Translations under genes and position numbers: made by a program | Notes under the pieces: model-generated | What the model saw: only the letters and a program-made list of their open reading frames with translations | Told to the model about the DNA's origin: nothing | Databases searched by the model: none | Assembly: GCA_963733035.1 (NCBI GenBank) | Contig: CAVTBU010000006.1 | Location: 544,001 to 608,000, forward strand | DNA: 64,000 nt | Direction: 5' to 3' | Source of the DNA: Pirellulales bacterium | GTDB lineage: Bacteria > Planctomycetota > Planctomycetia > Pirellulales > PALSA-1355 | Shown: positions 39,755-51,748 of the stretch, piece by piece | Layout: each line of letters opens with the position of its first letter | Numbering within the stretch: position 1 is the stretch's first letter

Positions 39755-40111
39755 ATGAAATTTGCAGGTTGGATCAAGGGGCAGTTATTTCATCGCAATA
39801 AGGCGATGTTTCGCTACAAGCGGGGGATGGCGCGGGCGAAGTTGCATGAACTCGAGGCGGCTTTGACCGACTACACCGCCGTTATCGAAATGCCGGAAGC
39901 TTCTGCCGAAATTCGAGCAATGGCACTTTACAACCGCTCCATCGTGTATACTGCGAATCACAACGACTCCCAGGCAATCGGCGATCTTGAAGCGCTTCTA
40001 GAGATGGCTGGCGCCGCCGCGAACGTCAAATTGGAAGCCAGGCGAAAGCTGGTTCGCATGCAACGTATGACCGAGCGAGCCGAAGAGCGTTCATCGCCCC
40101 GTGAGTTCTAG
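39755..40111 (+). CDS. Small TPR-like protein
   Basis: YKRGMA...AALTDYTAVI and ALYNRS...AIGDLEALL TPR-like repeats. Confidence 0.75.
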   Translation: MKFAGWIKGQLFHRNKAMFRYKRGMARAKLHELEAALTDYTAVIEMPEASAEIRAMALYNRSIVYTANHNDSQAIGDLEALLEMAGAAANVKLEARRKLVRMQRMTERAEERSSPREF

Positions 40112-40165
40112 TCGCACGTTTTTGCGACGAGGACTTCGGATTTCCTCACTGAAGACCCGAATCAG

Positions 40166-40399
40166 ATGAATTCCATGGCTCGTGATATCGATTACGCGGC
40201 AATTGCAGTCAAAAACGCAATTCTTGAGAAGTTTGGTCGCAAATGCGACCTGCAAGACCTGGACGTATCGGCAGGGGATCGCACCATTGTCGTGCGTCAC
40301 GCCGACAAAACCGCCGACGGAACCCGGGACTATCTGCTCGCTGCAGTTCGCGCGGCGGGCACCTACGAAGAAATGTGGGAATCTCTGAACCCGCAGTGA
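40166..40399 (+). CDS. Small hypothetical protein
   Basis: 77-aa ORF with protein-like composition, same strand as the cluster. Confidence 0.6.
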   Translation: MNSMARDIDYAAIAVKNAILEKFGRKCDLQDLDVSAGDRTIVVRHADKTADGTRDYLLAAVRAAGTYEEMWESLNPQ

Positions 40400-40657
40400 T
40401 GAAGTCGAGTAGTGGCTGCGGGCCGAAAAGACAGGTTGTCGCCGGCCGCCTCGATAGGGACAATCGCGATACGCGTGGCTTGGATTGCCGTCGATTCGCG
40501 TTTCGCAGCCCGCTGCGCCTGCGGCACCACCCATCCGTCCACTTCACGAGGAAATGCGCATCCCTATAGTTGGATTCGAGATGTGGCGTGGCCTTCCAGC
40601 ACGGATGTCGCCTTACACTACACTAGTTCAAGGATTTTGAGCACCCAGGTAGCGCCC

Positions 40658-41386
40658 ATGGAACATGTTATTGAAGCCTACAACCTGACGAAGGTCTACG
40701 ATGGCGAAGTGCCCGTGCCTGCCCTTCGTGGCATCGATCTGCAAGTGGCGCCAGCAACTTTTGTGGCCATTATGGGGCCATCTGGTTCTGGCAAGAGCAC
40801 GCTGTTGCAGATTCTCGGTGCGCTCGAACCTCCCACGGAGGGGCGATTACTGCTGGAAGGCACCGAAATTGAAAGGCTCTCCGATTCCGAGCGCACGCTG
40901 CTGCGACGGAGACGTATTGGGTTCATCTTTCAACAATTCAATTTGTTGCCGATCTTTACCGCCGTCGAAAACGTAGCCCTGCCACTTCGGTTGGAGGGCG
41001 TCAAGGAAGCCGAGGCCAAACGGCGAGCTTCCGAAGCACTGGCCATGGTAGGGCTCGAACATCGGCAGCACCACCTTCCAAGCCAGATTTCCGGCGGAGA
41101 GCAACAACGCGTGGCCGTGGCTCGCGCGCTAATCACGCAGCCCGCAATTATTCTGGCCGACGAACCAACCGGCAATCTCGACAGCGCCGCTGGCGAGCGA
41201 CTGGTGACAATGTTGCGAAAGCTGGTGGACGAGCATCGACAGACGCTCGTATTGGTCACACACGACACAACTGTGGCATCGCAGGCAGATCGGGTTATTC
41301 ACGTGCTTGACGGGCGGATCAGCGACGACACGGACCATCCGGCCGAGGAGCTTTCGGAAACAGCTGCGGCGAGGTCACCCAAATGA
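40658..41386 (+). CDS. ABC transporter ATP-binding protein (LolD/MacB-like)
   Basis: [31 protein letters not shown]. Confidence 0.93.
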   Translation: MEHVIEAYNLTKVYDGEVPVPALRGIDLQVAPATFVAIMGPSGSGKSTLLQILGALEPPTEGRLLLEGTEIERLSDSERTLLRRRRIGFIFQQFNLLPIFTAVENVALPLRLEGVKEAEAKRRASEALAMVGLEHRQHHLPSQISGGEQQRVAVARALITQPAIILADEPTGNLDSAAGERLVTMLRKLVDEHRQTLVLVTHDTTVASQADRVIHVLDGRISDDTDHPAEELSETAAARSPK

Positions 41387-43894
41387 TTCATTGGCGGTAC
41401 GCCCTCCGTGAGTTACAGCGGCGACCTGGTCGCTGGATTGTCAGCCTGCTCAGCGTCGTGATTGCCGTTGCCGCCATAGTGGCGGTAAGCTCCGCTACCA
41501 TCACCACGCGGATGGCCTATCAGCAGGTCTTCGAAGCCTTGTCGGGTCGCGCGGATTTAGAGGTCGTCGCCCACGGTGGCGGACACTTTAGCGAGAGCAT
41601 CGCCGCGAAGATTGAATCCGTGCCCGGTACCCGCTCCGTCGTGCCGGTCTTCCACCGCGGCACAATTATCTATGCTCATGGCGGCAACAAGGCCAAGGCG
41701 CTGACTGTCGGCTTTGTGCCCGATAACCCCGAAACGTTGACCGGGTTGGAGGTGCTGCAGGGCAAATTGCCGAGTCGTCCCAACGAGATCGCCGTTCAAT
41801 CGAGCCTTTCAACGGCACTTAATGTCTCAGTGGGGAGCAACGTTCGACTATTGACTTCCGCCGGCCTCCGCAATTTTACGATAACGGGAATCGTTGAGCC
41901 GGAAACGGCCGCGCGTTTGCGACAGGGTGGAATGGTGCTTGCTCGGTTGGATGCTTTGCAGCGGCTTTTCCGCGCGCGGCCAAGTAGACGCTTTACAGAT
42001 TCTCTTGTCGGCGACGTCCGATGTGAACAAGGCAATTTCCGCATACTCCCGAGTCTTGCCCGCCGAACTAAAGGTGCAAATTCCTTCGGCCCGCAGCGGG
42101 TTGGCCGAGGAAACTTTGTTGCTAACGCAGGTCAGCTTGAACATGGCCAGCGCGCTGTCGTTTACCACGGCCGTCTTCATTGTGCTCAGTGTGTTTCTGA
42201 TGAGCGTTGGTGAACGGAGACGGCAGCTCGCCATCCTGCATGCCATCGGTGCGACGCGCCGACAGATTGTGGGAATGATATCGACTGAAGCACTGCTGCT
42301 TGGAATCGGCGGTACGGTTCTGGGGATCCCGCTGGGCGTTTACGGCGGAAGTTTTCTTATCAGGTCGATGGGGACTTTGTTGCAAACCGATTTACCCGCG
42401 GCGCCCGACCTGAGATGGGCGATCGGGGTGGGTGCCGTCGTGGGTCCGGTGATTTGTCTGTTGGCCGCTTGGTATCCCGCACGAAAGGCATCGAAAGTAT
42501 CACCGGTCGAAGGGATGCGACCGGCAGTGGATTTAAACCAAAAAACGAGCCGACGCTGGACCTCGATTGTGGGATTTGCCGGATTGTTGATCTCCTTGCT
42601 CTTGGCAATAGCCACGGTGCGTGGCGATGTTCCGGTTTGGGCCGCCGTCGTGGGGCTGATCATTTCGCTGGTATCGTTCATTTTGCTGATTCCACTCGTG
42701 CTGACGCCTATTGTCAGGTTTCTGGGTTACCCCTTGCTCAAGCTGTTTGGCTTGGAAGGCGAGATGTCGCAGCGGATCATCCTTCGACGAGTCACGCGCA
42801 GTTCGCTGACGATCGGGGTGCTGTTCATTGCCGTTTCCGCTGCCGTTGGAACCGGCAACGCCGTGTTCAGTATCACTGACGACGTTCGCACTTGGTACGA
42901 GCGCACGATCACGGCCGATTTCCTGCTGCGACCTATGATGCCGGAGATGTCAGGCGAACGGGCAGCAAGCATGAGTGAGTCGCTGCGGAGCAAGATTTCA
43001 GGTCTCAAGGGCGTGGAAATGGTCGATGCGATCAGCCTGGCCCGCGTCGATGCGAACGGGCAGGACGCAATGCTTGTCGCGCGGGACTTCAGCCTGTACG
43101 ATCAGGTTCCGCTGGATCTTATCAGCGGCGATCCCGAATCGGTCGATCGGGAGCTACGAAGCGGTGCCGTGGTAGTTGGTTCCGTGCTGGCTGAGAAAGC
43201 CGGTGTGCAACCTGGCGATTCCATGAAGGTGACCTTCGGTACCGAGAGTCACGAATTCCCGGTGGCCGCAATTGCGACCGAATACACTTTTGGCGGTGCG
43301 ATCCTGTCGCTCGACCGCAAGGTTGCCCAGCGCATATTACATGTGGATGGAGTCGACACGTACCTGATAAAGGCCCAGGCCGGAAGCGTTCGCCAGCTAG
43401 CGCCAAAGCTGGAAGCCATGGCGGAAAAGAACGGTCTGCTGTTGCAATCGTTCGTCGAGTTGTGGGGGCTGATCGATTCAATGGTGACCGGCGTCACCGG
43501 CGGGCTGTGGGTGCTATTGGCCCTCGGTCTCCTGGTGGGTGGATTGGGCGTCGTGAACACGCTGACCATGAACGTACTGGAACAAACCCGAGAACTCGGC
43601 ATGTTGCGGGCGATCGGCATGCGTCGTCGACAAATCGTGAAGACCGTGCTTGGTCAGGCGGCATATTTGGGTATCATTGGTGTCGTTGCCGGCGCAATTT
43701 CCGGCTTGTCGCTGGCGCACTCGATCAACCTGACTTTGGGTTCGATGTTTGGTCGCTACGTTCCCTTCGCCATGCGTGGATACTTTCTGTTGGTGCTCGT
43801 GTTGGCGGGACTGACGGTTGTAATGCTCTCTGCGATTTTGCCTGCCAGGCGAGCCGCCCGGTTGAGCCCGATTCAGGCCATGCGGCAGGAGTAG
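41383..43894 (+). CDS. ABC permease with duplicated MacB/FtsX domains, apparent frameshift near 41975
   Basis: ORFs 41383..42213 and 41894..43894 join with +CG in a (CG)4 run; ERRRQLAILHAIGATRRQI and EQTRELGMLRAIG FtsX motifs. Confidence 0.88.
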
Positions 43895-43941
43895 GACTCA
43901 AGGGGTTTTCGGCTTTTGCGCCTTGATAACCGGAGGATAGC

Positions 43942-44559
43942 ATGATCGCCAGACTCCAGTTTCTGGCTTTGACGCTGGTGTTCTCCGCGCTGGCGTCCGC
44001 CGCGGAGCCTCTCCAGCTATTTCAAGACGACGAACAGGCCGTTACGTTCAAGCTCCAGAATGGCGAGGGCAAGATCCCCCAGCTGCTGTTGTTTAGCGCG
44101 TCAAACCAGGCCGAGACGGCCGACAGTATCAACTACTGGCGCGGCACGCCCAACCTGAACGAGAATGGCGTCGTGGTAGAATTTAAGGCCATTCGATTTC
44201 TTCGCTGCGAGGGCTCGCCCGATGAGTTGGTTGTCCGCCTGGTGGGGATCAAGAACGAGTTGGAACTCGGCGAGAGAATCTCTGTGCAGGAATTGCAAAG
44301 CGGGACGCGTCAGAAGTTTCATTTCGGTCCCGTGGTGATGGGTGCCCCCGGCTTGATCACCGGAACCACCGATGCCGTGATGCTCTTGAGCTATGATCCG
44401 TCGAATCGCACGCTCAAGATCCCTGAAGTCTCCGGCAAGTTCCAGTGGAAGCGGCTGTTCTACGATCCTCAGGAGGATTCCGGAGAGCTCACCAACGTCA
44501 CCGGCGAAGTGGGCGAAGTAGCGCCCGGAGACACCGTCCTCAGGCCGCCGCAAGATTGA
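43942..44559 (+). CDS. Secreted hypothetical protein
   Basis: GGAGGA SD; Sec signal peptide (…SALASA-AE); beta-rich mature part. Confidence 0.75.
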   Translation: MIARLQFLALTLVFSALASAAEPLQLFQDDEQAVTFKLQNGEGKIPQLLLFSASNQAETADSINYWRGTPNLNENGVVVEFKAIRFLRCEGSPDELVVRLVGIKNELELGERISVQELQSGTRQKFHFGPVVMGAPGLITGTTDAVMLLSYDPSNRTLKIPEVSGKFQWKRLFYDPQEDSGELTNVTGEVGEVAPGDTVLRPPQD

Positions 44560-44842
44560 TGCGTTCCTAGATGCGCTGGTCGATTGCGACGTCGCCGAAC
44601 GGTAGAACCTTCGCGCCGTTGGATCTGGAATTTTGCTGCTGACGACGGTTTGACAAAGGCGTACAACGTTGCGCTTTCAGCCGAGCTGACCAGCGGCTTG
44701 GGACCATCGACCTTTCCGAATGGATGTCGCTCATGCCCTCCGCGCCGATTCAATCCGTTTCGAATCGACGTGACGCACGATCACGGCTCTCGAGATCCAA
44801 GCTCTTGAATCCTGGCGTTTTTGTCGGTCTCCGCTGCGATTT

Positions 44843-44858
44843 TGGCATCGCAAATGCA
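44843..44858 (+). promoter_or_regulatory. Putative sigma54 (-24/-12) promoter of the hyf-like operon
   Basis: TGGCATCGCAAATGCA: GG at 44844-45 and GC at 44856-57, canonical spacing; about 185 nt before hyfB. Confidence 0.4.
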
Positions 44859-45042
44859 ATTCGAAAGTGGTCGCGTTTACGGTTCCTTTTTCTCGCGGTT
44901 TGACGGTAATCCACATCGGGTGATGTTTTACGTCAGTCCATAGCACGGACTCGTCACATGACATTTGAGTTGATTTTTGCTTGCTCAAGCGCCATGATAT
45001 CGCGGTCACTAGTCTTCTTGCGCGATGCCAGATGGTGCGAAT

Positions 45043-47027
45043 ATGGACGGGTTCGCTTCGCAATTGCTAATCGGCGTCGCCGTTACGGCAGCAAGCGGCA
45101 TTCCTGGATTTTTCTCGGGTCGTCGTTCTCTTGTCGGCCAGTGGGTAACGACGGCGTTGGCCGTCGGAGGCAGCGGTTTTGGCTTGTGGGGTACTTGCGC
45201 GCGATCCAGGCGCCGCCGACTACGATTATGCAGTTTCCGTCGCCGATTGCAGGCGCGGATTTCGCGCTGGCAACCGACGCCATCTCTTCGTTTTTCCTGG
45301 TACCGATCTTTCTGATAACGTTGCTGGGTTCGGTCTATGGACTGAGCTACTGGAAACAAGATGAGCATCCGGACAACGGCCGACGGTTGCGGGCGTTCTA
45401 CGGATTGCTGAGCGCCAGTTTGGCGGTACTGGTGCTGGCGCACAACTCGGTGACCTTCTTGTTCGGCTGGGAAGGGATGGCAATATCCGCGTTCCTCCTC
45501 GTTGCCACGGAGGACCGTGATCCCGAGGCTCGATCCGCCGGCTGGCTATACCTCGCCGCAAGCCACTTTGCGACGCTGTGCCTGTTCGCGATGTTTGCGC
45601 TGCTGTACGGATTGACCGGTAGTTTTGACCTCGTGCCGCTGACGGCCGAATCCCTCAGTCCCGCCGCAGTGAATCTCGTATTTCTGCTCGCGCTCGCGGG
45701 TTTTGGTTTAAAGGCTGGCGTGATGCCGCTGCACTTCTGGTTGCCAAATGCGCATGCGATGGCACCCAGTCATGTATCAGCCATCATGTCAGGCGTGATG
45801 ATCAAGGCTGGGATCTACGGCATGGTGCGGATGACCTCGATCCTGCCGCCGGTTCCGCTGTGGTGCGGCGTGCTGCTCATGTCGCTGGGTGTTGTTTCGG
45901 CCGTTTTGGGTGTTGCCTTTGCACTGGGACAACATGATTTAAAGCGGCTGCTGGCATACCACAGTATTGAAAACATTGGCATTATTGTCATCGGCCTGGC
46001 ACTTGCGGTTCTTGGCCGAACCTTGGGACAGGAGACTTGGATCGTACTCGGTCTGTCTGGAAGTCTGTTGCATGTCTGGAATCATTCGCTGTTCAAGTCA
46101 CTCCTGTTCTTTTGCGCCGGGTCAGTGATTCACACTTGTCACACGCGAGAAATCGATTTGTTGGGTGGCCTGGCGCGCACGATGCCGTGGACCGCGGGAT
46201 GTTTTTTACTCGGGGCAGTGGCGATTTGCGGATTGCCCCCCCTGAACGGATTCGTCAGCGAGTTTTTGATTTATATTGGTCTGTTTCGCACGCTGGGGAT
46301 CGGAGCCGAACAAGGACTACCGGCAACCGCGTTCGCCGTGCCCGCATTGGCGATGATGGGCGCATTGGCGGTGGCCTGCTTTGTCAAAGTGTTCGGGGTC
46401 GTATTCCTGGGCGTAAATCGGTCGCCCGAGCCGCGAGACACGCACGAAGCACCTTGGCCAATGATCGTGCCGCCATGCTTGTTGGCTATTTGCTGCGTGA
46501 TGATCGGATTGGCGCCAACGCTGCTGGTGTCGCCGCTGGATCGAGCGGTCGCAGCCTGGACTATCCAACCGCTGGCTGCAGGGTCTACGTTGATCAACCT
46601 GGCGCCGCTTGCAAAACTCAGTCTGGCGTCAGTTGTTTTGTTGGTCATGCTGATCATTGGCACCGCTTTATTGTCACGGCGGCTACGCGCCTTCCCGTTC
46701 GCGCGGGCTGAAACTTGGGGGTGCGGTTACACTGCGCCGACGCCGAGGATGCAATACACGGCCTCGTCGTTCGCGCAGATGCTGGTTTCGCTGTTCAGTT
46801 GGGCATTGCGGCCAACCGTTCATCGACCGCATTTGGAATCGCTTTTCCCCGCTGACGCAACCTACGAGAGTCACGTACCGGAGGTTGTGTTGGAACGAGT
46901 CGTCTCGCCGTTTTTTGATTTCTTCGCTCGCGTCTTTCAGTGGTGTCGTCTGGTACAGCAGGGAAACGTCCAGATTTATCTCCTTTACATATTGAGCGCG
47001 TTGGTTCTGTTATTGTTATTGCTCTAG
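45043..47027 (+). CDS. hyfB: HyfB-like antiporter-type membrane subunit (NuoL/MrpA family), apparent frameshift near 45200
   Basis: FLFGWEGM, GFGLKAGVMPLHFWLPNAH, DLKRLLAYHSIENIG, LPPLNGFVSE, TWGCGY, RMQYT; N-terminal helices in ORF 45025..45315. Confidence 0.85.
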
Positions 47028-47123
47028 CGATTTTTTGCGAATACAGCGGTGAGCCGATAGCGCCGTCCACACTGGGCTCGTTGAGTCGGTCTCGATTCGT
47101 CGCATAGCACTCTGCACATCATC

Positions 47124-48035
47124 ATGATCAACTTTTTTCTTCACCTGCTCTTGATAGTTGTGTTGCCGCCGTTCTTACTGGGTATCATCAATCGCACGAA
47201 GGCCTTTTTCGGTGGACGTCAGGGACCACCGCTACTCCAACCGTATTTCGACCTCTGGCGTCTGTTCCGCAAGGGAACGGTAGTGAGCGCGACGACAACC
47301 TGGTTATTCTCTTTTGGCGCAGTCGTCGGAATCGTGACAGTCGTTCTGGCCGCAATGCTCGTACCGTTGGGTACCGCGGGCGCTCCGTTCTCGTTCGATG
47401 GCGATTTCTTACTCTTTGCTTATTTGCTCGCGCTCGGCCGTTTCATGCTGGTCTTATCGGCGCTCGATACGGGGTCGTCGTTTGAAGGGATGGGGGCGGC
47501 GCGGGACGTGAGCTTTGCGTGTTTTGCGGAGCCAACGATGTTCCTGTGTTTACTCGCTCAGGCTCAAGCAGCCGGATCGCTACGGATGGTCGACCTGTTT
47601 GCTGGTCCCCTGGCAGCCAAAGCCAGCGTGGGAGCGCCATTGTTTTTAGTGGCGACCGCCTGGTTCCTGTTGATGCTTGCGGAGAATTGCCGCATTCCGT
47701 TTGACGATCCCAATACGCACCTCGAATTGACGATGCTTCACGAAGTGATCGTGCTGGATCACAGCGGCATTTTGTTGGCCCTTGTTCAACTGGCTGCCTC
47801 GCTTAAGCTGTTCTTGTATGCATCGCTTGTCGTGCGACTAGTCGTGCCAATCGTTTCAGGTCATGCGTTGCTCAATTTGTTTGTGTTTGTCGCGTGCGTA
47901 ATTGTCGTGGCCGGAGTGGTGGGTATCGTGGAATCGGTCATGGCTCGGTTGCGTTTGAAGCTCGTGCCCCATGTGCTGGCGGCAGCAGGCGTTGTGGCGG
48001 CGTTTGGACTCGTTTTGTTGCTGACGATACCATGA
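47124..48035 (+). CDS. hyfC: HyfC/NuoH-like membrane subunit
   Basis: GRQGPPLLQPYFDL, DTGSSFEGMG, ENCRIPFDDP, ESVMARLRL. Confidence 0.88.
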   Translation: MINFFLHLLLIVVLPPFLLGIINRTKAFFGGRQGPPLLQPYFDLWRLFRKGTVVSATTTWLFSFGAVVGIVTVVLAAMLVPLGTAGAPFSFDGDFLLFAYLLALGRFMLVLSALDTGSSFEGMGAARDVSFACFAEPTMFLCLLAQAQAAGSLRMVDLFAGPLAAKASVGAPLFLVATAWFLLMLAENCRIPFDDPNTHLELTMLHEVIVLDHSGILLALVQLAASLKLFLYASLVVRLVVPIVSGHALLNLFVFVACVIVVAGVVGIVESVMARLRLKLVPHVLAAAGVVAAFGLVLLLTIP

Positions 48036-48700
48036 ATCTCACAGTAACTGATTCCTTCCTCGTGGTTGTGGTGTTGATCAACTTCTTTCTGTTAGCCACG
48101 GGAAGTTTGCGCACGATCATCTATGCCGCCGCCCTGCAAGGCGCGATCCTCGGTATCGTCTACCCCCTGGCTCACCAGGGACTGCACGAGAGCGGCGCAG
48201 CCGTCGTCAGCATGCGGCTATTGGCACTGGCGGCGGCCATGATTGCCATTAAAGGAATCGTCATGCCCAGGATGCTTAATTTCGCCATGCGCGAGGCGCA
48301 CGTTTCCTGGCAGATCGATCCCTATCTGGGGCTCACTGCTTCACTGCTGCTGGGCGCAGTGGGGACTGGACTGATTATGGCCCTGTCATCCAGACTGCCG
48401 CTCCGACAAGAACATCTAAGCCATTTACTGGTGCCGGCATCGTTGGCAACCGTGTTGGCTGGGTTCTTAATCCTGACAACCCGTCGCGAGGCTCTAACGC
48501 AGGTGGTGGGCTACCTCGTTCTCGAGAATGGCATCTTCATCTTTGGGCTGCTATTGGTCGAGGCGATGCCGTTAATTGTTGAAGTGGGCGTCTTGCTGGA
48601 CCTGTTCGTAGGTGTGTTTGTAATGGGGATTATCATCTACCATGTCAACCGGCAGTTTTCGGCCGCGACGACTGATCACCTCTCTGCATTGAAGGATTGA
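48032..48700 (+). CDS. hyfE: HyfE-like membrane subunit
   Basis: QVVGYLVLENGI, EVGVLLDLF; ATGA-coupled to hyfC. Confidence 0.85.
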   Translation: MNLTVTDSFLVVVVLINFFLLATGSLRTIIYAAALQGAILGIVYPLAHQGLHESGAAVVSMRLLALAAAMIAIKGIVMPRMLNFAMREAHVSWQIDPYLGLTASLLLGAVGTGLIMALSSRLPLRQEHLSHLLVPASLATVLAGFLILTTRREALTQVVGYLVLENGIFIFGLLLVEAMPLIVEVGVLLDLFVGVFVMGIIIYHVNRQFSAATTDHLSALKD

Positions 48701-48703
48701 TCT

Positions 48704-50135
48704 ATGGCCGAGCTGTTGGTATTGCTTCCAATGGCCTGGGCCGCCCTGGCCTTCGTCGTCCCCTCCAACCGCTCGCGCCCTTGGTTGTTGCCTCTATGCG
48801 GCCTAACGCATTTGGCGCTGACTCTGCGCGCTTGACGAGTCACGGCTCACTGGTTTCGGCAATTGGCTCAACCTAGATCCCCTCGGCAAGCTATTCCTGG
48901 GCTTAATCAGCGTCCTATTCATGCTGTGTGCCTGCTACGTGCCCGGCTATCTGGCGCATCGCGAACAGCGAAACAATCGCGTCTTCTGTTCCTGCCTGAT
49001 GTTATCGCTGGCGATGATGACCCTAATTACTCTTTCGCATCACCTGGGGCTGATGTGGGTGGCCATGGAAGCGACAACGTTGGTCACGGCGCCGGGTTTG
49101 TACTTCAATCACAATCCGCGTTCTTTGGAGGCTACCTGGAAGTACCTCTTGGTCTGCTCGGTTGGAATCGCACTGGCCCTGCTGGGGTCACTGTTCCTGG
49201 CCTATGCTGCACTTCATGCGGGGCTGGAATCGACATTGCTGTTCGATGACTTGGTGCACGTTGCTCCCCACTTGTCGCTCCCCTGGCTCAATGCGGCCTT
49301 TGTGTTTCTATTCGTCGGTTACGGTACGAAGATGGGCCTCGCGCCGATGCACACTTGGAAGCCCGATGCTTATGGCGAGGCGCCGGGGGTGATTGGCGCG
49401 CTACTGGCTGGTGGCCTAACGAATTGTGCGTTCCTGGCCATTTTGAGATTTGTGCATATCGCCCGCGCCGCTCACGACGCTGACTTCGTGCAGCGAATCA
49501 TGGTCTTCGCCGGCCTGTTTTCCATGGCTCTGGCGGCGGTTTTCATGGCCCGACAGCGCGACTTTAAACGCATGTTGGCTTATTCCAGCGTGGAACACAT
49601 GGGCATCCTGGTCCTTGGAGTGGGCATTGGAGGTGCGGCCACGTTTGCCGCGCTGTTACATGCCATTAACAACGGGTTAACCAAAGGAGTCTTATTCCTT
49701 TCCGCAGGCAATATTCACAGGGCCTACGGCACAAAGATGACCGCAGACGTGCAAGGTGTACTCCATCGCTTGCCGCTGACAGGGTGGTTGTTTATTCTTG
49801 GATTTCTCGCAATTACCGGCTCGCCTCCCTTTGGCCCTTTTATCAGCGAATTCTCCTTGCTCTCGGCCGCCTTCCGCGAAGGACATTTTGTGGCGGGAGG
49901 GATGTTCTCGCTATTTCTGCTGGTCATCTTCATCGGGTTCGGTGCAACGGTCACGACGATGACCTTCGGTACCCCCAGTCGCGCCGCCGAGAACACAAAC
50001 TTTCGCGATACTTTCGCGACGTGTTGGCCGATCGTGGTCTTGTTATTGCTGGTCCTCTTGTTGGGTATCTACCTGCCGCCGCGCGTGACGTTGATCTTGC
50101 ATGAGGCTAATTCATTTCTGGAGTCGACTCCCTAG
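48704..50135 (+). CDS. hyfF: HyfF-like antiporter-type membrane subunit, apparent frameshift near 48828
   Basis: WVAMEATT, LEATWKY, GYGTKMGLAPMHTWKPDAY, FKRMLAYSSVEHMG; the N-terminus from ATG 48704 joins with +GC. Confidence 0.86.
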
Positions 50136-50174
50136 TACGTCCAAGTCCCTTGGCCAACATCGAGAAACCTGACG

Positions 50175-51703
50175 ATGACCGCCATTCGTAAAACGCCTGT
50201 CCTCCGCAATGGTGAAGCGGTCTCGTTGGCTAAGGTGCCAGTCTTGGATTTTAATGAGTTCCGCGAAACCGTGGTTGTGCCGGCAGCATGGGGATCGATG
50301 CGGCTCGCGGCGCTGTTCGGTCAGCCGTGCGACGACGGCGTCCGGCTGTATGCCGTGCTCACGGACCCAACGGAAGGGCTAATTAGTGCCTGCGCGACGG
50401 ACCTCCACGAGGACAGCTACCCCTCGCTTACGCCGGATTGCCCCAGGGCCCACAACTTTGAGCGAGAAATCGCTGAGCAATGGGGCGTGGTTCCCCTTGG
50501 ACACCCGTGGTTCAAGCCACTACGTTACCACCACTCCTATCGCCCCGGCCACGACGCCTGGGGGCGCTCTGTGGGTGAGTCGATCTTACCCGCGGTGACG
50601 GACTACTTTCAGGTCAAGGGAAGCGAGATACACGAGGTCGCTGTCGGACCCGTGCATGCCGGCGTGATCGAACCTGGCAGTTTTCGCTTTCAATGTCACG
50701 GCGAGCACGTGTTCCATCTTGAAGTACAACTGGGCTATCAACACCGAGGTGTCGAACAGGCGCTCGTCGGCGGTCCCAATAAGCGTACGATTCACTATCT
50801 GGAGACGTTGGCTGGCGACACAACGATCGGCCATGCCACGGCTTATTGCCAGGCAGTCGAAGGTCTGGCCCGTTGTCAGCCATCGCTGCGCGCTCAGGCG
50901 ATTCGTGGAATAGCGCTCGAGTTGGAGCGCCTCGCGTGCCACACCGGTGACCTTGGCGCTTTGGCCGATGACGTAGGATACCTGCCGACTGCCAACTATT
51001 GTGGCCGCCTCCGCGGTGACTTCCTCAACTCGACTGCCGAAATCTGTGGCAGCCGCTTCGGACGCGGTCTGGTAAGGCCAAGTGGAGTCAGCTTCGACAT
51101 CGAGCCCAAAGTGGTCGAGTCCTTGATCGCCCGCCTTAAGGCGGCACTGCGTGACGTTGGCGGGGCAACGCAACTGCTTTGGGACAGTCTTTCGGTGCAG
51201 GCCCGATTTGTGAATACGGGCGTACTCAAGACCGAGATCGCCGACATATTGGGAATCGTCGGCGTCGCCCAACGAAGTTCGGGCATCGAGCGGGACGTGC
51301 GACAGGATTTTCCGGCCGGCATCTTTCGTTCGGCTCAGATCGCGGCGGCTACCCAGCCGGCCGGCGATGTCTTTGCCCGCGCCTATGTGCGCGGACTTGA
51401 AATTGAGCGTTCCGGAGCGTTTGTGCTCGATCAACTACATACCTTGCATCCTGGCGCCTGCACGAGGAATTGCGTCCATTGGCACCCGATGCATTTGTCG
51501 TCTCGCTGGTAGAAGGCTGGCGCGGCAAGATCTGCCACGTAGCCATCACCGACGCGCACGGGAAGTTCGCTCGGTACAAAATCGTCGACCCTTCGTTCCA
51601 CAATTGGATCGGGCTAATGATGGCCTTGCGCGATCAACAGATTTCGGACTTTCCTCTCTGCAACAAGAGTTTCAATTTATCGTATTGCGGACACGATTTG
51701 TAA
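50175..51703 (+). CDS. hyfG: HyfG/NuoCD-like large subunit lacking Ni-binding cysteines (Ehr-type), apparent frameshift near 51456
   Basis: VGPVHAGVIEPG, LGYQHRGVE, LELER, VEGWRG, DPSFHNW; ETLAGDTT and DFPLCNKSFNLSYCGHDL in place of RxCxxC and DPCxxC. Confidence 0.85.
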
Positions 51704-51748
51704 GCGTGACAGCGATAGCGAGTAGAACCAACTCAGGAATGCAAAAAC

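Noticed and set aside
44560..45042. Fluoride riboswitch upstream of the hyf-like operon (a known association)
   Set aside because: I could not find the GGxGATGxxGTTCxCC...GCTxATGAC pattern by eye; an Rfam scan would be decisive.
45043..51703. Ehr operon as a decaying pseudogene cluster (three frameshifts)
   Set aside because: All three sit at GCGC-type sites like those in unrelated genes, and no other decay is visible; a sequencing artefact is more parsimonious.
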